Positions 52,013 through 64,000 of a DNA stretch of 64,000 nucleotides are shown here, piece after piece. The notes below the pieces were generated by a model that had not been told where the DNA came from, did no database searches, and saw only the letters and a list, made by a program, of their open reading frames with translations. The stretch comes from Octopus vulgaris (taxonomy: Eukaryota). The stretch lies in contig OX597814.1 of the NCBI GenBank assembly GCA_951406725.2, forward strand, positions 109,988,001 to 110,052,000, written 5' to 3'. Position numbers and translations under genes: made by a program. Each line of letters starts with the position of its first letter. Within the stretch, counting starts at the first letter, position 1.

Positions 52013-52111
52013 CATCATCATCATCATCATCATTTAACGTCCACTTTCCATGCTAGCATGGGTTGGACGGTTCAACTGGGGTCTGGGAGCCCGAAGGCTG
52101 CACCAGGCCAG

Positions 52112-52154
<43 letters not shown>

Positions 52155-52156
52155 TG

Positions 52157-52215
<59 letters not shown>

Positions 52216-52217
<2 letters not shown>

Positions 52218-52625
52218 CGCAGGAGTGGCTGTGTGGTAAGTAGCTTTCTTACCAACCACATGGTTCCAGGTTCAGTCCCACTGCGTGGCATCTTGGGCAA
52301 GTGTCTTCTGCTATAGCCTCGGGCCGACCAATGCCTTGTGAGTGGATTTGGTAGACGGAAACTGAAAGAAGCCTGTCGTATATATGTATATATATATGTA
52401 TTTGTGTGTATGTTTGTGTGTCTGTGTTTGTCCCCCTAGCATTGCTTGACAACCGATGCTGGTATGTTTACGTCCCCATCACTTAGCAGTTCGGCAAAAA
52501 GAGACTGATAGAATAAGTACTAGGCTTACAAAGAATAAGTCCCGGGGTCAATTTGCTCGACTAAAGGCGGTGCTCCAGCATGGCCGCAGTCAAATGACTG
52601 AAACAAGTAAAAGAGTAAAAGAGTA
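52216..52625 (+). mobile_element. SINE family A, full-length young copy
   Basis: A box TGGCTGTGTGG, B box GGTTCAGTCCC, CORE-like CTTGGGCAAGTGTCTT, internal TA/TG microsatellite, (AAAAGAGT)n tail. Confidence 0.9.
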
Positions 52626-52639
52626 ATATATAATAATTT

Positions 52640-53025
52640 TTTGCGTAATAAGATAAAAAAACCCAAGGCTGTATAGATATTAGAGCATTTATAGATAGAA
52701 GGTCTTACAGTTGTTTCTAAGATATTTATTAATAATATCCCTTCATCGATGACGGTGTGAGAAGAAAATTAAATCATAGTTAGTTTAGATGTGATACAAA
52801 ATAGAGAGTGAGGTGGAGGAAAGAAAATAGATGCAAGATATGTATGGGTATTGAAGTTGTAAATCCGTTTTATAGGCATGATGGTATATATGCAATATTC
52901 CAATATCCTTTGAGTGGAATCCAAAAGTCCAACAGAGTTTAATATGAGTCCTTCCAAATATAGAGTTTATAAGCAATGTAAGATTCCCTTATGAGTGAGA
53001 TGCAGCAGATTTTTAAACTGATTTT
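52640..53025 (-). mobile_element. Penelope-like 3' relic: possible GIY-YIG tail plus hammerhead (52694-52755)
   Basis: Minus strand IRESYIAYKL.. / EGLILN precedes GTC-ATCGATGA-A-GGGATAT..ATATCTT-A-GAAAC AACT GTA-AGAC; same family as 1285-1400. Confidence 0.55.
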
Positions 53026-53101
<76 letters not shown>

Positions 53102-53109
53102 GTATATTT

Positions 53110-53269
53110 AGATGCAGGAGTGGCTATGTGGTAAGTAGCTTGCTTACCAACCACATGGTTCTAAGTTCAGTCCCAGTATGACACTTTGAGCAAGTGTCTT
53201 CTACTATAGCCTTGGGCCGACCAAAGCTTTGTAAGTGGATTTGGTAGACGGAAACTGAAAGAAGCCCAT

Positions 53270-53311
<42 letters not shown>

Positions 53312-53469
53312 GCTTCTTTCAGTTTCCATCTACCAAATCCACTCACAAGGCTTTAGTCAGCCCAAGGCTATGGTAGAAGACACTTGTCCAAGGTGCCACG
53401 CAGTGGGACTGAACCCAGACCTATGTGGTTGGTAAGAAAGCTACTTACCAGACAGCCACTCCTGCGCCT
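53110..53469. mobile_element. Two SINE A 5' halves in inverted orientation around (TA)n
   Basis: 53110-53275 (+) and 53305-53469 (-) are mutual reverse complements. Confidence 0.85.
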
Positions 53470-54649
53470 TTATATATGTACATATATATATATATCCATA
53501 CATATATTTCCTGGAAGGGCTAAGTTGGCCGCAGCAGGGTTTGAAGTTAGAATGTAAAGAAATGGAAGAAATGCTACTAAGCATTTTGTCTGCCGTGCTA
53601 ACAATTGCCAAAATATTGCTAAATTTAATTCGTTACTATCGCAGAAATAATTCTCAATGGGAGGACATTTATGCATTGAGCCCTGGCATAATTTACAAGC
53701 TCGTTCTTTCTAAAAAATAACTTATCTTTTGCTCTTGTAACAGAATACTTGTGTGTGTGTGTCTGTGTCTGTGTGCATGTCTGCATGCATGTCTGTTCCT
53801 CTGTGTGTCTGCGTGCACATGGGTATGTTGAGGGCGATGAAAGAGTTAAATATTTACAACTGCAACGTATTATTACAGCAGCCTCGCCCTACTTATCTGC
53901 ATCATAAACTCCCACTTATTCCTGCTATCATAAATCTAGTATTCAGTCTTCTTTTGAAACACTGTAATAAATACGAAATTCAAGAAAGCTGGTGCCGTGC
54001 TGAGACATTAATAGAGTCCATGACCTGATTTAGATTTCCAGTTGAAACACAGCTTCATTTACGTTGCTTTACTAAATACCCATGGGGGAAGAACGTAATA
54101 GAATGCATATTTTCCACACTGTAAACCAGTGACTTGGTTTAATGAAGCAATGTGTAAAAAAAACAAACAAAAATAAACTATGATGTAATGTAAACGCTAA
54201 GAAGCAGAAAAACTCAATGAAAGCGGACACAATATTTTCGGGTGTGGTTTAGTTGCTTAAATAAATAAGTTCAAATTGTGTACACACGTTTGTATTCTAT
54301 CAAAATTAGGTTAGTCAGTAAATATTGAAGGGTTAAGGGGTTGGGTACAGGACCAAACTATTCCAAAATCAAGTATCCTTAACCTTTTTATTATGATTCC
54401 AGACTTCCAAAGAATTGCTAAATATCTTCTCTTACGTCTTTCACTAGACTGCTGAAGTAATCATCATCACCAATTCTATCATATTCCAGGAAGACTTCAA
54501 AATATAGCAATGCCTTGGTTTTATTATATTTATGGAGAACCTGGAACAGAACAGAACAGCATTTCATAAGGAGTTTGTTGTGTTTATTTATAGAGAAACA
54601 GCAAATGACTTAGAGAAGCCTAACTACTGTAGATAGACGGGTGCCAGTG

Positions 54650-54873
54650 TAGAAGTGTGTGGTAAGTAGTTTGCTTCCCAACCACTTGGTTTCAAGTTCA
54701 GTCCTACTGTGTGACACCTTAGGCAAGCAGTTTCTACTATATCCCCCTGGCTGACCAAAACCTTTATGGTGGGTTTGGTACACAGAAACTGAAAGCAGTT
54801 CGCTTCTGTCATACATACATACACATACATATATATATATGTATGTATATATATATGTATATGTATATGTATA

Positions 54874-54938
<65 letters not shown>

Positions 54939-55660
54939 ATTCTTTCATTTGTTTCAGTCATTTGACTGCGGCCATGCTGGAGTACCACTTTTAGTCAACC
55001 AAATCAACCCCAGGACATATTCTTTGTAAGCCTAGTACTTATTCTATCGGTTCCTTTTGCTGAACCACTAAGTTATGGGGACGTAAACACATCAACATCG
55101 CTTGTCTAGCAATGGTGGGAGGACAAACATAGACACACAAACACATACACACAGACACACACACACACATATAACAGGCTCCTTTCAGTTTCCATCTACC
55201 AAATCCATTCACAAGGGCTTTGGTCGGCCTGAGGCTATAGTAGAAGGCACTTTCCCAAGGTGTCACACAGTGTGGTAAGTTGCTTGCTTACCAACCACAT
55301 GGTTCCGGGTTCAGTCCCACTGTGTGACACCTTGGGCAAAGTGTCTTCTACTATAGCCTCGGACCGGCCAAAGCCTTGTAAGTGGATTTGGTAGACGGAA
55401 AGGGAAAGAAGCCCGTCATATATATGTATATGTATGTATGTGTGTGTATATGTTTGTGTGTCTGTTTGTCCCACCAACATTGCTTGACAACTGATGGTGA
55501 TGTGTTTATGCCCTTGTAACTTAGCGGTTCAGCAAAAGAGACCGATAGAATAATTACACAGCTTACAAAGAATAAGTCCTGGGGTTGATTTATTCGACTA
55601 AAAGTTGGTGCTCCAGCATGGCTGCAATCAAATGACTGAAACAAGTAAAAGAATGAAAGA
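54650..55660. mobile_element. Cluster of three SINE A copies in alternating orientation
   Basis: 54655-54810 (+), 54940-55268 (-), 55270-55660 (+). Confidence 0.8.
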
Positions 55661-55747
55661 ATACAGATTTATAATAGTGTAAAAAACAATCATAGTTAAG
55701 GGCATATGTCCTTAATTGTAATTGTATTTCATGCTATTATAAATCTC

Positions 55748-55808
<61 letters not shown>

Positions 55809-56184
55809 GTCATAGTTTCTTATTCCTCCAGTCAGTACCCCACTCAATAAGGGATCTTATCTTGCAGATATTTGGCAACCTCACCGGTGCTGGTGCCACA
55901 TAAAAAAGCAACCAGTACACTCTGTAAAGTGGATGGCTGGTGTTAGGAAGGGCATCCAGCTGTAAGAACCATGCCAAAACAGACAATGGAATCTGGTGGA
56001 ACTCTCTGGTTTATTGTTTTTTGTCAAACTGTCCAACTCATGCCAGCACGGAAAAAAGGATGTTAGATGATGATGATGGTGATGATGATGATGATGATGA
56101 TGACAACAACGATGACAGACAGACAGACAGATAGATAGATCAATGGATATATATGCATATACATACACACACACACATATATAT

Positions 56185-56632
56185 CTTGTAAATGATAATA
56201 ATGGTATTTTTATATAAGCTTATGGCGATCACCATGCAATGACTAAGGAAAATAGTCCAATAACGGGGCATATAAGCCCTCAACAGAAAAAAGAAGGCTT
56301 TCTTATCCGCGTGGGATTGTAAAATATGGTCCCATATAACAAAACCATTCACATTGAAAGCATTTATAGAAAGTTTGTTTACATAAAACAAATACAAACT
56401 AATACATTTCTTAAATTTGACAGAAAGAGGGAGGCTAATTCACGGGTGTAAAGATAACACACTTAGTTGTGTTAAAAAAGGGATGTGGGTTCATATCCCA
56501 TATGGATAGGAAAGCCTTCTTTTTTCCATCAAGGGCTTATATGCCCTGTTATTAGACTGTTTTCATTAGTCATTGCATGATGATTGCTATAGGCTTTCAG
56601 CTTATATAAAAATACCATTATTATTATTTACA
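56185..56632. repeat. Element with ~125-bp inverted arms
   Basis: 56185-56308 is inverted to 56503-56632. Confidence 0.75.
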
Positions 56633-57874
56633 GGATTGTAAAAATGGTGCTGTATAACAAAACCATTCGCACCAAAAACATATATGCATGTATGTATGTA
56701 TGTAGGTAGGTAGATAAAAAATAAGCAGATTGATAAATAGATTGATAGATAGATGTTTATGTGTGTGCTTGTGTTATTGTGTCTTTGCCTTGATATTGGG
56801 TGATAGTTGGATAGTTTGTAAACGAGTGTCACCCTCATACAAGTGGTGCCTTTCACTTCCAATCTTTCACAAAAGCATGTCTGTTCACGGAGAGAAATAT
56901 TACCTTACTTGAAAATAGGTGAGGGCAATGAGAAGGACATCCACCTGTAAAAAAATACCCATCTTTAAAAAACTTCCTTCCAACCCATGCAAGCATGGAA
57001 AGGGGCCATTTAAATGATGATGATGATGATGTTGATGATTAATAGCTATTTTACAAAATAACTTTGATTCACCTTTCTCATATCATGAATCAGTAAAATT
57101 CTTTTCTTTGAATTATTTTACCAAATAGACGGAGAAAACAAACTGCTACAAAACAAACATTTTCTTTAAAATATCTCAACTTCATTACAACATTAAGTCT
57201 AAATAATCTGGTGAGATTTTTTCTGTCATTTCTTTTATGCAATCAAGCCATGGCATGGAAGGCCAGTTACTGACAAGGTTATTTGCAAGTTATCTCACAC
57301 ATCAAGTTGAATTTTCCACTTTTGTTGCTGGTTAAAAAAATGTGCAGAAGGCTGTTTCATGGGGATAGTTAGTTGGGAAGTTAAAGGGAAGCTGCAATCG
57401 GATCGAACCAAAATTGCTTGACATCTTGTCTAGGCCTTTTTGAAATCAGCCCTATTTCTTGATGCACAAGCGTGGCCGTGTGGTAAGGAGCTTGCTTCCC
57501 AACCACATGGTTTATGGGTTCAGACTCACTGTGTGGCACCTTGGGCATGTGTCTATAACTATAGCCATGGGCTGAGTAAAATGTTGTCCTTATATTCTGA
57601 GTTCAAATCCTGTTGAAGTTGACTTTGCCTTTCATCCTTTCAGGGTTAATAGAATAACCACCACTTGAGTACTAGGCGGTGGGGGGATGTAATTAACTGA
57701 GCCCCTACCACAAAATTGCTGGCCTTGTGGAAAAATTTGAAACCAGCCTACACAGAATTTAAAAAAGAACTTTTAATAGTTTCATGCTTTAAAGATACAA
57801 TAAATTGGCAGATTTATATAACTAGCCATGTATCTCTAAGCAATCTTTCAAGCTCAGTGCATATCATTAGATAT

Positions 57875-58551
57875 ACAGTAATACCTCGCCATATCATGGT
57901 TCACCGATCACAGTTTATTATTTATGCTTATGTTGATGCCTCTGCGGTGTTGTTTTGCATTTATAATAAAATAAATATGCACAAATTATGGCACTTGTGC
58001 CCCATGCTAGTAGGATGGTATGAGCACCATCCAAGCATGATCGTTGCCAGAGTGGCTAACTGGCTTCCGTGCCAGTGGCATGTAAAAGGCACCATTCGAG
58101 CGTGATCATTACCAGCATCGCCTTACTGGCACCTGTACCGGTGGCATGTGTAAAAAGATTCGAGTGAGGTCATTGCCAGTACCACCTGACTGGCCCCCGT
58201 GCTGGTGGCACATAAAAAGCACCCACTACACTCTCTGAGTGGTTGGCATTAGGAAGGGCATCCAGCTGTAGAAACTCTGCCAGATCAAGATTGGAGTCTG
58301 GTGCAGCAATCTGGTTTGCCAGTCCTCAGTCAAACCATCCAACCCATGCCAGCATGGAAAGCGGACGTTAAATGATGATGATGATATTGATGGCTCTGTG
58401 CTGTTATTTTGCATTTATGATAAAATAAATATACACAAATTATGAAAATAATAGAAAATATATTCAGTACAGTACTGTTTCTACTTCGTGGATTTTCACC
58501 TATCACAGGGCGTTTTGGACTGTAACATTCGCGATAGTCGAGGGATTATTG
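57875..58551. mobile_element. Tc1/mariner (pogo/Tigger-like) MITE with a nested RTE 3' stub (57990-58385)
   Basis: TA-flanked termini CAGTAATACCTCG / CGAGGGATTATTG. Confidence 0.65.
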
Positions 58552-58903
58552 TATTTAAAACCAGGACATTGGTCTATGAGAAAACACGGAAAAAGAAAAA
58601 TCAAAAGAACAGGAAAGAAAATACAAAGAAAGTAGATGCAAAAAGTGGAATGAAAAGAAAGAAACGAAAAGCAAGAAAACTAAGATCTTTGTCGTTCTTT
58701 GTCTGCAAAAATTATAATTAATCTAGATGTTGTAGAATGATATAAGAAAAGGTGGTTAAAGTCTGTGAGATAACTCAATCTAGTTTTCTTACTGTTCTTT
58801 TTGTTCATCTCATTCCACCTTTTGCATCAACCTTCTTTGTATTATTTTTTTTCTTCTTGTTTCTTATGTTTTCTCATAAACCAGTATTCTGGTTTTTAAA
58901 TAC
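58550..58903. repeat. Inverted repeat inside a larger inverted pair (57778-57860 / 58920-59000)
   Basis: GTATTTAAAACCAGG..TATGAGAAAAC versus GTTTTCTCATAAACCAG..TTTTAAATAC; outer arms GTTTCATG..GATACAATAAATTGGCAGATTTATA. Confidence 0.65.
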
Positions 58904-59046
58904 ATCTATCATCATGAACCAGGCCTGAAAGATTGCTTGGAGATACACAGCATGTCGTATAAATCTGCCAATTTATTGTATCTCTAAAAATCATGAAACG
59001 ATTAGTAGCTCTTTTGCAAATTGTATAAATACAATACACACACACA

Positions 59047-59104
<58 letters not shown>

Positions 59105-59106
59105 AT

Positions 59107-59159
<53 letters not shown>

Positions 59160-59267
59160 AACTTACTTGGAAGAAAATGCGTGGCATTCTATATATATCA
59201 TCATCATCATCATCATTATATATATAATAAATCTCTGAATGAGGTATAAGTGGCAAATATACTTCAC

Positions 59268-59303
<36 letters not shown>

Positions 59304-59329
59304 ATAAATATATATATATATAAGGGTTT

Positions 59330-59803
59330 AAAAAAGTTGTTTGAGAGCTGCAATGTTGTAGGGGAGTGAGACATGGTGTCTGAGGGAGAGAGAGATGATA
59401 ATTTTGAGAAGGACTGAGAGAGCAATGGTTAGAGAAATGTGTGGGGGTGAAACTGTATCATAAGAGGAGGACTGAAGATTTGATGGGAATGTTGGGGTTG
59501 GAGGAATCGGTGGAATGGTTGGCAAGGGCGAATGGAGTGAGTTGGTATGGGGATGTGTTGAGGAGGGATGAAGAGCATGTTCTGAGGAGGGTGATTGCAT
59601 TTGAGGTAAATGGAGCATGAAAGCGAGGTAGACTGAGGAAAAGGTGTAGGAGGAGATTGGGAGGGTTGGCTTGAAAAAGGATGATATTCAAAACCAGGCG
59701 AGCTTGCGAGAGGGTGGTTGCTATGGCATAGAAGTAGATTCGCCCACCCCTGTTAACAGGGACAAAACCTGGATTTAAAATACTGGATGATGATGATGAT
59801 GAT
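59330..59803 (+). pseudogene. RTE-clade LINE 3' fragment (different family) with (GAT)n tail
   Basis: KSCLRAAML*GSETWCLREREMIILRRTERAMVREMCG / ...NGVSWYGDVLRRDEEHVLRR. Confidence 0.8.
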
Positions 59804-59889
59804 AGCTTAGATATGTTTCATCCAAAGATTGGTCCAGGCCATGTCTAACTTAATAGCATCACCCAACAGGATCTGTTAAGAATTTTTAA

Positions 59890-60105
59890 GACAGGTATCC
59901 TAGCCCATTCAAGTAGGGTGTTGTTGTCCACTGAGATGTATCCAGGTAGAGGTGGCTTATCTGGTCTCATTTGAAGAAATGTATCCAGGTTTCATTTGAA
60001 GGTGAGGGGATCTTTTTCTTTGAATTGTTTTGGGATAATGTTAAACAGAGCAGAGTCTGTAGAAGAAAAGAAATAGTGTAGGGGAACATATGGCATTTGG
60101 CCTCA
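59890..60105 (-). pseudogene. CR1-group LINE ORF2 C-terminal fragment
   Basis: Reverse complement encodes ALFNIIPKQFKEKDPLTFK*NLDTFLQMRPDKPPLPGYISVDNNTLLEW. Confidence 0.65.
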
Positions 60106-60125
60106 GATATATATATATATATATT

Positions 60126-60342
60126 TACTCTTTTACTTGTTTCAGTCATTTAACTGTGGCCATGCTGGAGCACCACCTTTAGTCGAATTAATCGCCCCCC
60201 AGGACTTATTCTTTGTAAGCCTATTACTTATTCTATCGGTCACTTTTGCTGAACCACTAAGTTACAGGGACGTAAACACATCAGCATTGGTTGTCAAGCG
60301 ATGTTGGGGAGACACACACAGACACACAGCCATAAACACACA

Positions 60343-60421
<79 letters not shown>

Positions 60422-60446
60422 AATGATGATGATGATGATGATGATG

Positions 60447-60480
<34 letters not shown>

Positions 60481-60481
60481 G

Positions 60482-60534
<53 letters not shown>

Positions 60535-60900
60535 CACCGTTTCTCGTACTGTTAGCGTTCCGTATTTCAGTCGAGTGTGTTAGTATTAATGTGGTAACAT
60601 CGTAGATTTCGTCTTGGTATATGTTTGGCTGAAGAAGGTAAAGCAAAATATGGGTGAGAGACATATCTTGCAAAACCTGAAACCTGCAGGTACCACATTA
60701 TCCATTTTCCGGGTGTTTCATCTTTCAGATGTTCTCCCTGGAGGTAAGACGGTTTTTTTTCTATTTTGTTGCTCTATTTTGTTGCACACACGCATTTTTG
60801 CTAATACATACGCGGTGAAGCTACACATTAGCGTCGTATTTTTACGTTCGCTATTTCCAGTAAATATCGGTACTTAGTTGTGCCATTTATTTACTAATTT

Positions 60901-60945
<45 letters not shown>

Positions 60946-61110
60946 TACGACGGGCTTCTTTCAGTCTCCATCTACCAAATCCACTCACAAGGCTTTCGTC
61001 GGCCCGAGGCTATAGTAGAAGACACTTGCCCAAGGTGCCACGCAGTGGGAATGAACCTGGAACTATGTGGTCGGTAAGCAAGCTACTTACCACACTGCCA
61101 CTCCTGTACC
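60126..61110 (-). mobile_element. SINE family A split by a hammerhead-bearing insert (about 60531-60903) in its (TA)n
   Basis: 3' half 60126-60345 and head 60945-61110. Confidence 0.8.
60621..60698 (+). ncRNA. Type I hammerhead ribozyme with intact core
   Basis: ATG tt TGG-CTGAAGA-AGGT aaa GCAAAATATG..CATATCTTGC aaa ACCT-GAAAC CTGCAG GTA-CCACAT; predicted cleavage after 60692. Confidence 0.8.
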
Positions 61111-61112
61111 TA

Positions 61113-61157
<45 letters not shown>

Positions 61158-61369
61158 GGAACAATAATGCAATAGAGGGCATTAAAACATTCGGACAGAT
61201 AGATGACACAAAGGCGGACAAGAGAAACAACAATTAGAAGGACAGGTAAAAAAAGACGAGTCATTCTTAGCTTTCTTTCATCAGTCAAGTACCAGAAGTC
61301 AGGACCATTTCGGGCAGTTACACTTGAGATGGTTCGATCTGGTTGCTCCCCAAAAAGTCTAACATAAAT

Positions 61370-61840
61370 AAATAACATGGATCTCCAGGTATCAGTGCAT
61401 TACGGCTGTTTCAAGCGGCTCCATTTAATCAATCAATGAAAACATTACATCAATTTGAAAGACACTGCTCTCTTTAGTAGATTTCCAGTATAAAGGAAAA
61501 ATCATTTTTTAAGCACAATTTACATCAGTCCCAGAAAACAAAACACATTATTTCTCATTGCTATGTTTGTTTTCTAGTGCTGTTGTAAATTGTGCAAAAA
61601 AAAATGGTGTATCCTTTGTATTAGAAATCTAAATGGTTGTCTGAATTTGAAGAGAGCAAAGTCTTTCAAATTGTTTTCATTGATTGATTAAATGGAACCG
61701 CTTGAAATGGTTGTATTGCATTAATACCTGGACATCCTTGTTACTTATTTCCTTTTTATTAATCTAACTTCGAGCTGTGTGGATAATACCAAACTGGCTT
61801 GGTGCCTAAATTTAAGTACCTAATTCAACTGAATCTTAAT
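61370..61840. mobile_element. PLE-like relic with an inverted pair of decayed long-stem-II hammerheads
   Basis: 61370-61540 is inverted to about 61570-61750; minus arm GCTT-GAAAC AGCC GTA-ATGCA; same family as 5290-5410 and 17705-18400. Confidence 0.55.
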
Positions 61841-62289
61841 TATATATGTGTGTGTATAAACATATATATATATACATATGTATAATATATATATGTATGT
61901 ATACATACACACATATACACAGTTCAAATTTACAGAAAACAAAGAACGAAAACAGATGAAGAAACAACGAGCAGGTGCATTAGTTTGGTGCTCAGGAAGA
62001 ATGGAGAAGCCTTTGACTTTTGTATTTAAATTGAGGGAAAGAATAACTGTAATCCAGGCTGTCATCTTGTTAGTAGTTCATGTAGGAACCTGGCTCATGT
62101 AGTATTCCATCGCTGAAGAAACATCAGTTATACTTCAATTGATTACAATGGGGAAAACTTTGCAGATCCAAGGTATAATGAAACAGGTTTATTTCAGGAG
62201 TTGATTGCATTTCACATCATGATGCCTGAGGATGGGAAAGAACAATAATGATTCTTTTATTTTATTTTATTTTATTGCATTTATTGCTT

Positions 62290-62738
62290 TGGCACGTAAA
62301 AGGCACCATTCGAGTGTGATCGTTACCAGCGTCGCCTTTCTGGCACTCAAGCCCGGTGCTAGTAGAGTGCTAAGAGCACCATCTGAGCATGATCGTTGCC
62401 AGAGCAGCCAACTGGCTTTCATGCCGGCGGCATGTAAAAGGCACCATTCGAGCGTGATCATTACCAGCATCACCTTACTGGCACCTGTGCTGGTGGTATG
62501 TGTAAAAAGATTTGAGCGAGGTCGTTTCCAGTACCGCCTGAATGGCCCCGTGCTGGTGGCACATAAAAGCACCCACTACATTCTCGGAGTGGTTGGCATT
62601 AGGAAGAGCATCCAGCTGTAGAAACTCTGCCAGATCAAGACTGGAGCCTGGTGCAGCCATCTGGTTCGCCAGCCCTCAGTCAAACCATCCAACCCATGCT
62701 AGCATGGAAAGTGGACGTTAAACGATGATGATGATGAT
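62290..62738 (+). mobile_element. RTE 3'UTR stub with five modules
   Basis: Repeated GGCAC(G/A)TAAAAGGCACCATTCGAG units and (GAT)n tail. Confidence 0.85.
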
Positions 62739-63086
62739 TGTATAACTTTATATGTTGTATGGAATAAAAAGTGTTTGGTTATGGAAAGATTTTAACATCA
62801 AAACTTTTGGGAACAATAATGGTTTATTGGGTTAGAAGGTTGTGGATTTTTTTCCGCATTGAAGGACAAGCTGAAAAAAATTATTTTATATTTCACAGTT
62901 GGCAACCAGGATTTCCAGGTATGCGAATAGAAATCTAAGAGCTAAGGAATGGAGTAGATAAGATCTAGGCTACATATGTTTTATAGCAAGTGGAACCTCG
63001 GAAGTGGTAAATATCCAAGTCAGGTGTATACTGCAGGCTACTCATCAGGCCAAGTGTATCTTGATTCTATAAAGTTTAACTTGTCT

Positions 63087-63129
<43 letters not shown>

Positions 63130-63170
63130 GTATATATTTGTATGTATGTGTATATATATTTGTATGTATG

Positions 63171-63220
<50 letters not shown>

Positions 63221-64000
63221 TATGCATGTATTTTTTAATAACTAGAAATGCTTCTAGATCTGTTCCCATGATAAAATCAATAAGTTAAAGATGAAGAATG
63301 CAAAAAGAGAGAATTTCATGAAACTAAGAATTAATTTCAGAAGATTAATTTATTTGCACAGGAGGAAATCTGACCTTTGTTGGGAAGCTTGGATCCGTTA
63401 AGAGAAGAATTAACTCTCAAAATTGGTGCTTATATCTTTCAAATTATTCTTAACTTCTTGAAATATTTCCACAGGCAATATTTTACCATAACCACTGAGA
63501 TTATTATGAAGGATTCGAAATTTGGTAAAGTCTTCACTTTCAATATGGCAACCCCAAATTGATAATTTCTTTACAAATTATCTCAGACTGATAATAACAT
63601 GTCTGTTTGAGATATACAGCACATTTCTTTACCTAAGAAGACCTATCCTCTTCAATAGATTTGATACTCTTAAACCATAGTGCCATGTAAAAAGCACTGG
63701 TGATGGTGTCATTTAAATAGCATTTGGTACACTTTCTAAAGTGAATGGCATTAGGAAGGGCATCCAGCTGTAGGATCCAAGCCAAAACAGACTGTAGAAC
63801 CTGGTGTGGCTCCTGGCCTTGCCAGCTGCTGTCTACTATCCAACCCATGGAAAATGGACATTAAATGATGACGATGATAAGGATTCTCTCTATATTTTAA
63901 AAGTCCCTCCATTACTTCTTTAAAATTAGAAAGTGACTCTTTCTCATTTCTTTATTGTCCACAAGGGGCTAAACATAGAGGGGACAAACAAGGACAGACA

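Noticed and set aside
56255-56292. Minus-strand CTGTTGA-GGGC ttatat GCCC hairpin
   Set aside because: Followed by CGTTA rather than GAAA, and the other arm also lacks GAAA
58900-59010. TCAT-GAAAC-..-GTAG motif shared with 1820-1840
   Set aside because: Could be a hammerhead 3' half, but no 5' core is recognisable in either copy
61262-61320. Minus-strand GAAA...CTGATGA resembling a type II hammerhead
   Set aside because: Stems I and II do not pair
62750-63620. Possible decayed PLE coding sequence on the minus strand
   Set aside because: Similarity too weak to support by eye

Overview
AT-rich, microsatellite-saturated animal DNA; the SINE and LINE repertoire suggests an octopus or other cephalopod (inference). 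I find no convincing host exon, and almost all listed ORFs are translations of repeats. Contents: (1) a young 5'-truncated RTE-clade LINE (about 40918-45933) whose reverse transcriptase carries a C4HC3 PHD-type finger and whose 3'UTR is tandemly amplified and built from repeated hairpin/pseudoknot-like modules; about 20 dispersed (GAT)n-tailed repeats are 3' stubs of this LINE group; (2) four tRNA-derived SINE families; (3) relics of a DD37D (maT-like) transposon, R4/Dong-like, CR1-like and other RTE LINEs, and piggyBac-, hAT- and Tc1/mariner-like MITEs; (4) a hierarchical 20/80/200-bp minisatellite; (5) most notably, about 15 type I hammerhead-ribozyme-like motifs from several unrelated families, mostly in palindromic elements next to (TA)n tracts, which look like Penelope-like (PLE) pLTR relics. 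These include an apparently intact hammerhead at 60621-60698 and a variant with the core C3:G8 pair swapped to G3:C8 at 46170-46220. All structures and alignments were read by eye; coordinates of degraded repeats are approximate.
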